Positions 27,335-34,952 of a DNA stretch of 64,000 nt are shown one piece after another (position 1 is the stretch's first letter; every line of letters starts with the position of its first letter). The translations under genes were made by a program, and so were the position numbers. The notes beneath the pieces were generated by a model that worked only from the letters and a program-made list of their open reading frames with translations, was not told the DNA's origin and did no database searches. The stretch is from Bacteroidota bacterium (GTDB lineage: Bacteria > Bacteroidota > Bacteroidia > Flavobacteriales > Flavobacteriaceae), in the NCBI GenBank assembly GCA_036340635.1, contig JAYYYF010000022.1, forward strand, positions 13,134-77,133, read 5' to 3'.

Positions 27335-28106
27335 TTTTTTTTAGTTTATAGTTAACTGTTAATCTTAGAGTTGGATGTTTTAATTTAGAAGAGTTTTCAG
27401 TGTTTACGAATTGATTTAATAAAAAACTTATTTTTAGAACTTTATTAAATTCAAGTCCCAGTTCAGATAAATATCCATAAGAGTTTGGTTTTAAGTCATT
27501 TAAAAAAAACCTTTGCATGTCATTTTCTTTAGAATGACTAAAAATAATTTGTGGAGAAAACCATAAGGCAAGACTTTTATTCTCAAGTATATTTTCATTA
27601 AAAAGTTTTTGGTAGACTAATCCGAGGCTTCCATGAGTATTAAGAAAATATCTGTTCCCAAATCCAACTGAATTTCCAATGGGAACAGATACAATCATTC
27701 GTTCTCCAATTGTTGAAATAAAACTATAAGAACTTTTATCTTCATACTTTATGGGTTGATTAAAAGAAATTATTGAACCAATCCTCCCTCCTAATGGATT
27801 CATTATTTGTGAAAATGAATTTAGCTTATCATTCTTACTGCCAAAATAAAAAATTTGTGTCCCAACTAATGAGAAAGAAACATTAGTCCCTTTTTTTGAG
27901 ATATACTTTATATTTAGTCCCTCAGCTGTAATACCAATAGAACCATTAGTGTCATAACTTAGCATAAATTGTTTCAAAAGATCTACTTTCAAAAGCCTTT
28001 CACTTTTCCTTTTAAGTGAGTAGTCTAAATCAAATAATTGGGAATAAGAAAAACTTATACTAAACAATAATAAAAAACAGAATATTTCCCTGATTTTAAT
28101 TACCAT
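27306..28106 (-). CDS. Hypothetical secreted protein, probable outer-membrane beta-barrel
   Basis: Signal peptide FCFLLLFSISFSYSQ, then alternating beta-strand-like sequence. The 3' end overlaps the receptor gene end by 29 nt (convergent). Confidence 0.5.
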   Translation of the reverse strand: MVIKIREIFCFLLLFSISFSYSQLFDLDYSLKRKSERLLKVDLLKQFMLSYDTNGSIGITAEGLNIKYISKKGTNVSFSLVGTQIFYFGSKNDKLNSFSQIMNPLGGRIGSIISFNQPIKYEDKSSYSFISTIGERMIVSVPIGNSVGFGNRYFLNTHGSLGLVYQKLFNENILENKSLALWFSPQIIFSHSKENDMQRFFLNDLKPNSYGYLSELGLEFNKVLKISFLLNQFVNTENSSKLKHPTLRLTVNYKLKKTKIVDLNQQ

Positions 28107-28109
28107 AGT

Positions 28110-28559
28110 TTAATTTGAAATAATTAATTGATTATTTGAGAGCACTGTTTTATAGTTAAGCATGGGATAACTTCTTTTAAGGTTTTCAGATGGATTAATT
28201 AATTGACCATTTGCTAAGCTATATTTAAAATTATCACATTTGCATTGAGATAATAACCCTGAAATTTCAAGTTTTGAGCATTCTTCAGGTATGTGATTTG
28301 GGCATGTTGCTTCCCAAGTAATAAAGTTTTCTCCATTAATGTTAAAAACTAAGAGACCATTTATGCCTCCTTGTTCAATTTTCATTGCCCCTCCAGCATA
28401 TCTAAGTTGATCAAATTGAGGGAGGTTTAAATTAATTTCAAGATTAAATTTTGAAGTAATTAGATATGGATTTCTTTCCAGATTTTCTTTTCCGCAAGAA
28501 AAAAATAAGAGAAAAGAGAAAAAAAATTTCAGAATTAAATTTTTACTAAAATCTTTCAA
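28110..28559 (-). CDS. Hypothetical lipoprotein with degenerate Rieske-like Cys/His pattern
   Basis: Lipobox-like LLFFSCGKE. Contains CPNH..C...(12)..CKC. No confident family match. Confidence 0.5.
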   Translation of the reverse strand: MKDFSKNLILKFFFSFLLFFSCGKENLERNPYLITSKFNLEINLNLPQFDQLRYAGGAMKIEQGGINGLLVFNINGENFITWEATCPNHIPEECSKLEISGLLSQCKCDNFKYSLANGQLINPSENLKRSYPMLNYKTVLSNNQLIISN

Positions 28560-28564
28560 TTTTT

Positions 28565-28572
28565 TATATTTG
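28565..28572 (+). promoter_or_regulatory. Candidate -7 promoter box (TAnnTTTG) upstream of greA
   Basis: TATATTTG lies 52 nt upstream of the greA ATG. Confidence 0.35.
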
Positions 28573-28623
28573 TTATAGATCCCAAGTGTTAGGGATTTTT
28601 CTTTTTAAAGAAACGTAAAAAAA

Positions 28624-29103
28624 ATGAGTAAAGTATCTTATTATACGGCTAAAGGATTAAAAAAGTTGAGAAGAGAGCTTGATCAGCTTCGGGATATTGA
28701 ACGACCAAAGGCCTCTATGGCTATTGCTGAAGCTAGAGATAAGGGGGACTTGAGTGAAAATGCTGAGTATGATGCAGCCAAAGAAGCTCAAGGAATGCTT
28801 GAATTACAGATATCTAAGCTTGAAAAATTAATTGCAAATGCTCGTTTAATAGATGAATCTCAACTTGATGATTCTAAAGTTCTAATTCATTCTATAGTAG
28901 AAGTCAAAAACAAAGAGAATCCATCAGCTGTAATGAAGTATAAACTTGTCGCTCAAAGTGAGGCAAATCTTAGCGCTGGTAAAATTTCTGTTGATTCACC
29001 AATAGGGAAGGGAATTTTAGGGAAGAGAGTTGGAGATATTGCTCAGATTAAAATTCCAAATGGGATAATAAATTTAGAGATAGTTTCTATATCTAGAGAT
29101 TAG
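28624..29103 (+). CDS. greA: Transcription elongation factor GreA
   Basis: YTAKGLKKLRRELDQL..ARDKGDLSENAEYDAAKE; canonical GreA. Confidence 0.96.
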   Translation: MSKVSYYTAKGLKKLRRELDQLRDIERPKASMAIAEARDKGDLSENAEYDAAKEAQGMLELQISKLEKLIANARLIDESQLDDSKVLIHSIVEVKNKENPSAVMKYKLVAQSEANLSAGKISVDSPIGKGILGKRVGDIAQIKIPNGIINLEIVSISRD

Positions 29104-29107
29104 TCAA

Positions 29108-29497
29108 ATGAAAAGTATTTTTTCAAAAATTATTTCTGGTGAAATACCAAGTTATAAGGTATTTGAAGACAAGTATTGTTTTGCATTTTTAGATATTAAC
29201 CCTAATTCAAAGGGCCATGTTTTGTGTGTCCCTAAGAAACAGGTTGATAAAATTTTTGATTTAAATGAGATAGATTATAATAGGTTAATGACTTTTTCAC
29301 GAAAAGTTGCTCTTGGTCTTCGTAAAGCAATACCATGCAAAAGAGTTGGTATGACTGTAGTTGGATTAGAAGTTCCTCACGCCCATGTCCACTTGATCCC
29401 ATTAAATTCAATCGAAGACATTTCTTTTAATAAAAAGGTTAAGCTGACAGATCAAGATTTTAGAGAATTAGTGAAAAAAATAAGGGATTGTTTTTAA
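29108..29497 (+). CDS. HIT-family (histidine triad) nucleotide hydrolase
   Basis: PNSKGHVLCVPK and the HAHVHLIP triad. Confidence 0.9.
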   Translation: MKSIFSKIISGEIPSYKVFEDKYCFAFLDINPNSKGHVLCVPKKQVDKIFDLNEIDYNRLMTFSRKVALGLRKAIPCKRVGMTVVGLEVPHAHVHLIPLNSIEDISFNKKVKLTDQDFRELVKKIRDCF

Positions 29498-30657
29498 TTC
29501 TTTTCCAAAAATATTTTTAGAGTAGTTCCCTTACCGAGAGAAGATTTTTTAATTTCAATAAAACCTTTATGATAGTCAACAATTATTCTTTTTGCAAGTG
29601 AAAGACCTAGACCCCAACCCCTCTTTTTAGAACTGTAACCAGGCAAAAAAACTTTATTATGAAGGTTTTTGGGAATTCCTGTTCCTGAATCACTTATTTC
29701 AATGCCGACACCATCTTTTTTTTCATATAGCAGAAAATTAATTTCCCCTTTTCCTTTCATCGAATCAATTCCATTGTTTATAATATTTTCAAGAGTCCAA
29801 CTATATAATTCTGGGTCAAGTGGAATTTTTATCTTTTTTTTAGGGATTAAAATATTGAAAACTATAAGATTTGATGAACGTTTTGATAAATATGAAAGAG
29901 TCTTATTTGTTGTAAGAACTATATCAGTAGAATTTAATTTTGGGATTGATCCTATCTTTGAAAATCTATTGCTTATTATTTTTAACCTTTCCAGGTCTTT
30001 TTCCACCTCAAATAAAAGAGAATTTGCCTTGTTTTTTCTTTCTTTAATAAGAGTGATCCAACCAAAAAGAGAAGATAGAGGTGTCCCAATTTGATGAGCA
30101 GTTTCTTTGGCCATTGCTGCCCAGAGTTTATTTTGCTCAGAAATTTTAGAAGTCCAGAAAATAAAATAGACAACTATAGCAAAAAGTAAAATTATTAGCA
30201 AAAGAGCTAATGGATAGTATTGTAATTTTTTGAGCAATATTGAATCACCATAATATACTTTTTGATTAATGACAATATTTTTATTTAAGCTGTCTTGATA
30301 CCGTATTAAAATAGGTTCATTTTCTTTTTTTATTTTCAGAAGCTCAGAATACAATTCCAATGAATCTTGCTTATCGGAATTCCATTCAATATTTTTAAAT
30401 CCAATGATATTATCATTACTGTTGACTTGAATTATTGGATTTATTCCTACTTGTTGGAGCACTTCAAATGTAATATTGCTGGGAGCATTACTTTCTATTA
30501 ATTCCTTCTGAGCTGTAGCCCAGAGTTTCATTTTTTCTCTTTCCTCATTTTTTAGAGTTTGAAAAAGAATGTACGTATTCCACAAAATAAGAGCTACTAT
30601 GGCAAAAATAATTATAGGCCAAATTTTTTTTAGATTGTAAATTGTTTTGGGAATCAT
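29494..30657 (-). CDS. Membrane sensor histidine kinase with no adjacent response regulator
   Basis: Two TM segments, H-box ETAHQIGTPLSSL, and an HATPase region NNGIDSM..DSGTGIP..GWGLGL. The stop shares TTAA with the HIT gene stop. Confidence 0.85.
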   Translation of the reverse strand: MIPKTIYNLKKIWPIIIFAIVALILWNTYILFQTLKNEEREKMKLWATAQKELIESNAPSNITFEVLQQVGINPIIQVNSNDNIIGFKNIEWNSDKQDSLELYSELLKIKKENEPILIRYQDSLNKNIVINQKVYYGDSILLKKLQYYPLALLLIILLFAIVVYFIFWTSKISEQNKLWAAMAKETAHQIGTPLSSLFGWITLIKERKNKANSLLFEVEKDLERLKIISNRFSKIGSIPKLNSTDIVLTTNKTLSYLSKRSSNLIVFNILIPKKKIKIPLDPELYSWTLENIINNGIDSMKGKGEINFLLYEKKDGVGIEISDSGTGIPKNLHNKVFLPGYSSKKRGWGLGLSLAKRIIVDYHKGFIEIKKSSLGKGTTLKIFLEKN

Positions 30658-30711
30658 TATAGAAAAGAATATATACTACTAATATAATCTAAATATAGTA
30701 ATGGATTTAGT

Positions 30712-30743
30712 TTGACAAAAGCTTAAAAGATTTCATACTTTTG
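30712..30743 (+). promoter_or_regulatory. Candidate Bacteroidota promoter (-33 TTTG, 20-nt spacer, -7 TACTTTTG) for the DUF3127 gene
   Basis: TTTG at 30712-30715 and TAnnTTTG at 30736-30743, 20 nt upstream of ATG 30764. Confidence 0.5.
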
Positions 30744-30763
30744 CTTTAATCAAAAAAACAAAA

Positions 30764-31129
30764 ATGGAAGTTATTGGTAAAATTAAGTGGATAGATGAAA
30801 TTAAAACTTATGGGGATAGTGGTTTTCGTAAAAGGCAAATTGTAATTACAACACAGGAACAGTATCCACAAAATTTATTGATAGAATTTGTTCAGGACAA
30901 GTGTAATTTGTTGGATTCTTTTCAATTAGGGCAAACTGTAAAAATTGGTATTAACCTTCGTGGTCGTGAATGGGTAAATCCAGAAGGGGAAACAAAATAT
31001 TTTAATTCTATACAAGGATGGCGAATAGAAGAAATTAATAATGAAGATTCTTCTGAAGAGGATTCATTGCCCAAATTAGATATAAGTGATGAAAACGAAA
31101 ACGAAGCCGAAGATGATCTACCATTTTAA
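30764..31129 (+). CDS. DUF3127-family OB-fold-like protein with SSB-like acidic C-terminal tail
   Basis: MEVIGKIKWIDEIKTYGDSGFRKRQIVITT..YPQNLLIEF matches typical DUF3127. The tail is SDENENEAEDDLPF. Confidence 0.7.
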   Translation: MEVIGKIKWIDEIKTYGDSGFRKRQIVITTQEQYPQNLLIEFVQDKCNLLDSFQLGQTVKIGINLRGREWVNPEGETKYFNSIQGWRIEEINNEDSSEEDSLPKLDISDENENEAEDDLPF

Positions 31130-31240
31130 AAATTATGATTAGACCCATACTTTGTTTGCAATTAGTAGATTAAAAAATAAAGGAATTCTTCTTTATATTC
31201 TTGCCGAATGTTTTGGAAGCAGTTGTTTTTTGACAGGTTT

Positions 31241-32062
31241 TTAGATAAGAGAAAATCTTTTAAAATCAGTAATTCTAAGATCTGGATCAGAAAGTTTCAA
31301 ATAATCACTTACAGAAAGACTATTATCTTTAATATAAGATTGATTAATAAGGGTGTTGTCTCTAAAAAATCTTTTCATTTTGCCCTGAGATATTTTTTCT
31401 AACATTTCTTCTGGTTTTCCTTCTTTTCTTAGTTGATCTTTAGCAATTTCAATCTCTTTTTCTAAAATATCTATTGGCACGCTTTTTTCGTCAAGAGCAA
31501 TGGGGTTCATTGCAGCTACTTGCATTGAAATATTTTTGGAAATTTCCTCAGCATCTTTAATAATTCCAGAAAGACCAATAAGTGAAGCAATTTTATTTCC
31601 GTTATGAATGTAATGGCCTACAAAAGGAGCAGTTAGTTTTTTAAATGTACCAAGTTCAATTTTTTCTCCTATTATACCAGTTTGCTCAAGTAACTTATCA
31701 GAAACAGGCATGTCATTAAATTTACTTGAAAGAAAGTTTTCTAGAGTATCAAAAGATAAAGCATGATCAGATAAATCATTTGCAAGTTTTAAATAATCTT
31801 GGTTTCTTGCAACAAAATCTGTTTCACAATTAACCGAGATAATAATTCCGGAGGTTTTATCGGAATTTACTTTAGCTAATACAACTCCTTCAGAGGATTC
31901 TCTGTCAGCACGATTTGCAGCAACTTTTTGTCCTTTTTTTCTCAATATTTCAATAGCCTTTTCGTAATCCCCTCCAGATTCTTCTAGAGCTTTCTTACAA
32001 TCCATCATACCTGAACCAGTAGATTTTCTAAGTTTATTAACTTCAGATGCAGAAATTTTCAA
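31241..32062 (-). CDS. tsf: Translation elongation factor Ts
   Basis: KISASEVNKLRKSTGSGMMDCKKAL.. is a canonical EF-Ts N-terminus. Start set at TTG (32060-32062), 16 nt after the rpsB stop. The longest ORF starts at ATG 32128 inside rpsB. Confidence 0.9.
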   Translation of the reverse strand: MKISASEVNKLRKSTGSGMMDCKKALEESGGDYEKAIEILRKKGQKVAANRADRESSEGVVLAKVNSDKTSGIIISVNCETDFVARNQDYLKLANDLSDHALSFDTLENFLSSKFNDMPVSDKLLEQTGIIGEKIELGTFKKLTAPFVGHYIHNGNKIASLIGLSGIIKDAEEISKNISMQVAAMNPIALDEKSVPIDILEKEIEIAKDQLRKEGKPEEMLEKISQGKMKRFFRDNTLINQSYIKDNSLSVSDYLKLSDPDLRITDFKRFSLI

Positions 32063-32078
32063 TTTAAAAGTATTTAGG

Positions 32079-32912
32079 TTATTTTTTTGGTGATGATTTT
32101 TCTTGCCCCTGATTAGTTTTTTTATCATTTTCCTTTTGGGCTTTATCTTTTTCTTCAGCTTCTTTTACTTTAATTTTTTCTTCAGCTTCTTTTACTTTAA
32201 TTTGTTCTTCAGCTTCTTTTTCTTCTTTTCTTTGATTTAGCCCTTCTTCAACAGATTTACTTATAATTGAAAATATTTTTTCAATTGATTTTGTCGCATC
32301 ATCATTAGAAGGAATAATAAAGTCAACATCTTTTGGGTCTGAATTTGTATCAACCATTGCAAAAATGGGGATTTTTAATTTTCTAGCTTCCCTAATGGCT
32401 ATTTTTTCTCTTATTGTATCAACTACAAAGATAGCACCAGGCAAACGAGTCATATCACTTATTGAACCAAGATTTTTTTCCAATTTAGAGCGGAGTCTAT
32501 CTACTAAAAGTTTTTCTTTTTTTGAAAGTGTTTCAAAAGTTCCATCACTTTTCATGCGATCAATTGAAGCCATTTTTTTGACAGCTTTTCGAATAGTAAT
32601 AAAATTTGTAAGCATTCCTCCGGGCCATCTCTCAGTAATAAAGGGCATTTTTAATTCTTTCGAATATTTTGCAACAATATCTTTAGCTTGCTTTTTTGTA
32701 GCAACAAAGAGAATTTTTCTTCCAGATAAAGCAATTTTTTTCAGCGCATCACAAGCCTCTTCAAGTTTGGCTAAAGTTTTGTAGAGACTTATTATATGGA
32801 TTCCATTACGTTCCATATGTATATATGGAGCCATATTTGGATTCCATTTTCTAGTTAAATGTCCAAAATGGACACCTGCATTAAGTAGTTCTTTTATTTC
32901 TGTTTTTGCCAT
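32079..32912 (-). CDS. rpsB: 30S ribosomal protein S2 with repetitive acidic/basic C-terminal extension
   Basis: LLNAGVHFGHLTRKWNPNMAPYI core; the tail contains repeated KVKEAEEKI units. Confidence 0.96.
   Translation of the reverse strand: MAKTEIKELLNAGVHFGHLTRKWNPNMAPYIHMERNGIHIISLYKTLAKLEEACDALKKIALSGRKILFVATKKQAKDIVAKYSKELKMPFITERWPGGMLTNFITIRKAVKKMASIDRMKSDGTFETLSKKEKLLVDRLRSKLEKNLGSISDMTRLPGAIFVVDTIREKIAIREARKLKIPIFAMVDTNSDPKDVDFIIPSNDDATKSIEKIFSIISKSVEEGLNQRKEEKEAEEQIKVKEAEEKIKVKEAEEKDKAQKENDKKTNQGQEKSSPKK
32151..32221 (-). repeat. In-frame 27-nt tandem repeat (about 2.6 copies) within the rpsB 3' region
   Basis: On the + strand, ttcttcagcttcttttactttaatttt is repeated at 32151, 32178 and 32205 (the last copy partial). 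It encodes (I/K)KVKEAEE repeats. Confidence 0.85.
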
Positions 32913-32982
32913 AATTTTTTAGTTTACAATCTCTTTTATAGTAGCAATAAGTTTAAAAACTTATTTAGGTACTAAACTAATT

Positions 32983-32994
32983 CCCGCCTTGGCG
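32983..32994 (-). terminator. Short GC hairpin between rpsI and rpsB (weak terminator or leader element)
   Basis: CCGCC-TT-GGCGG is the only GC-rich palindrome in a 134-nt AT-rich spacer. No clean U-tract follows. Confidence 0.25.
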
Positions 32995-33046
32995 GTTAAG
33001 TAGCAAATTATATTTTATACAAATCAACAAGTTCAAATCAAATAAA

Positions 33047-33436
33047 TTATCTTTTTGAGAATTGATGCTTTTTTCTGGCCTTTTTCTGACCAAACTTTTT
33101 TCTTTCTACCATTCTTGGATCTCTACTAAGGAGTCCTTCGGGTTTCAAAAGAGAATGATTTTCCTCGTTTGCCTTACAAAGTGCCCTAGAGATAGCTAAT
33201 TGAATTGCTTCAGCTTGTCCATTGAAGCCACCACCTTTTACGGTAACTTTCAAATCATAAATTTTTTCACTATTAGTTAAGGATAATGGTTTAATTACTT
33301 TGTATTGCAGCGTTGGTAGTGGAAAGTATTTTTCCATATTCTTTTTGTTAACAGTAATTTTCCCTTTACCCTTACTCAAGAATAGCCTGGCAACAGATTT
33401 TTTTCTACGTCCAATAGTGTGAATAATGTCTGTCAT
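33047..33436 (-). CDS. rpsI: 30S ribosomal protein S9
   Basis: GRRKKSVARL...GGGFNGQAEAI...RDPRMVERKK..KARK..QFSKR. Confidence 0.97.
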   Translation of the reverse strand: MTDIIHTIGRRKKSVARLFLSKGKGKITVNKKNMEKYFPLPTLQYKVIKPLSLTNSEKIYDLKVTVKGGGFNGQAEAIQLAISRALCKANEENHSLLKPEGLLSRDPRMVERKKFGQKKARKKHQFSKR

Positions 33437-33888
33437 ATTAACTCTTTTATATCAATTTTTTTTGGGTTTTGAGCTTCATTTTCATGACTATCTCCAATAT
33501 AAACTCTAAGATTTCTAAAAATGGAAGAACCTAATTTATTTTTAGGCAACATACCTTTTATAGCTTTTTCTATCAGTTTTTTTGGATCTTTTTTTTGGAC
33601 TTCTTCTGCACTTAAAAATTTTTGCCCACCTGGATAACCAGTATACCTAATATACTTTTTTTGTTTCAATTTTTTCCCTGTTAAAGTCACCTTTTCAGCA
33701 TTAATAATTATGACATTATCTCCACAATCAATATGAGGTGTAAAATAAGACTTATTTTTACCTCTAAGCATAATTGAGGCAATTGAGGCAACTCTTCCTA
33801 ATGGAATTTTATCTGCGTCAATCAAGACCCACTCCTTGACAACATCTTTTGGGTTTTTAGAAACCGTTTTGTAACTCAAAGCATCCAC
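33433..33888 (-). CDS. rplM: 50S ribosomal protein L13
   Basis: EWVLIDADKIPLGRVASIASIMLRGKNKSYFTPH.DCGDNVIIINAEK; ATGA overlap with rpsI. Confidence 0.97.
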   Translation of the reverse strand: MDALSYKTVSKNPKDVVKEWVLIDADKIPLGRVASIASIMLRGKNKSYFTPHIDCGDNVIIINAEKVTLTGKKLKQKKYIRYTGYPGGQKFLSAEEVQKKDPKKLIEKAIKGMLPKNKLGSSIFRNLRVYIGDSHENEAQNPKKIDIKELI

Positions 33889-33980
33889 TAATTCTCTTTT
33901 AAAGGCAGCAAATGTACAATTATTCCATTTTTTTCAAAAGGCTTTTCTAGTTTTTATTTTATTTACTCATTTTATTTTGT

Positions 33981-34928
33981 TTAGTTTTTTTGCAAATATT
34001 GCAAGGCATCTTTTGCCATCAATTTATAATCATGTGCAACATTTTTGACTTCTTCAGTTTTGATCCAATTAAGTTTAGCATTTAAAACTTCAGAAGTTTC
34101 TTGAGCAATTTTAAAAAAATACCTCCCCCTAGCCCTTCTGGTTAATCCTTGTTGTGTATCAACAATTTGATTATGCCTAAGGGAAGGAGAATTTGGATCA
34201 TTATCCTCTTCAGCTAAATGAACATATAAATTTTTCGAAAATGCTTTTGCAATAGTTGAATCATTTAATTGACTTTTATATAAGCCATAAGGGAAAGGGA
34301 TTTCTTTTTCAGGAACTGTATACCAACCTGCATTTGAACATATTGATATATTTAATTTACTCTGGGGTTGAAACATTACAAAACGATGAAGAAATTGTGC
34401 TCCTGCAGAATGCCCCCAAGCATTGTAATTAATTTGATTTCCATTAAAAATTTGTATTATATGATCAAATAATTGATCAAGAATAGAAAATGTCCATTTT
34501 TCAGGAGAATTAAATGTTTCAGTACTAGGATTATCACCATCTTGAAAGATATTTGCCAAATTATACTGATCACCTGTTGGGAAGTCTATTTTATTAAACT
34601 CTGGAGCAAAAACCATAAATCCATTAACATTTGCCATGTCTATCCAACAATCTCTGTAATCATCTGCGTTTCTAGTACTCCCATGAAGAGAAATTAAAAT
34701 GGGCAAATTTTTCACATCTCCCTGAGGGATGTGGTAATAAACATTAATTTCTTTGTCACTATGAAACCCTGATGGAGAGAATGTGAACATTCCAGTAGAA
34801 TTAGGATTTAATGAAAGTTCTTCAACCGTAGTATTAGATGTTAAATTCTGATCATTTTTTGAATAACAGGAGATAATTATTATAAAGAAAAAAATGATTT
34901 TTATTCTAGAATGTATTTTATGTTTCAT
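33981..34928 (-). CDS. Secreted alpha/beta-hydrolase (esterase/depolymerase-like) lipoprotein
   Basis: Signal/lipobox IIIISCYSKN, a LHGSTRNADDY segment, and nucleophile elbow GHSAGAQF. Confidence 0.7.
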   Translation of the reverse strand: MKHKIHSRIKIIFFFIIIISCYSKNDQNLTSNTTVEELSLNPNSTGMFTFSPSGFHSDKEINVYYHIPQGDVKNLPILISLHGSTRNADDYRDCWIDMANVNGFMVFAPEFNKIDFPTGDQYNLANIFQDGDNPSTETFNSPEKWTFSILDQLFDHIIQIFNGNQINYNAWGHSAGAQFLHRFVMFQPQSKLNISICSNAGWYTVPEKEIPFPYGLYKSQLNDSTIAKAFSKNLYVHLAEEDNDPNSPSLRHNQIVDTQQGLTRRARGRYFFKIAQETSEVLNAKLNWIKTEEVKNVAHDYKLMAKDALQYLQKN

Positions 34929-34952
34929 GAATTAGGACTAGTTATAAAAGAC

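Noticed and set aside
29669-30094. 141-aa ORF antisense to the histidine kinase (and the 63-aa ORF at 29982-30173)
   Set aside because: It is contained within a well-supported kinase CDS, has no motifs, and has no plausible promoter context.
31208-31402. 64-aa + strand ORF between the DUF3127 gene and tsf
   Set aside because: It mostly overlaps the 3' end of tsf on the opposite strand and has an implausible, basic low-complexity sequence.
32151-32221. Direct repeats considered as a CRISPR-like array
   Set aside because: The repeats are contiguous with no spacers, in frame within rpsB, and only about 2.6 copies long. No cas genes are present anywhere in the window.
32365-32784. 139-aa ORF antisense to rpsB
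   Set aside because: Shadow ORF inside a canonical S2 gene.
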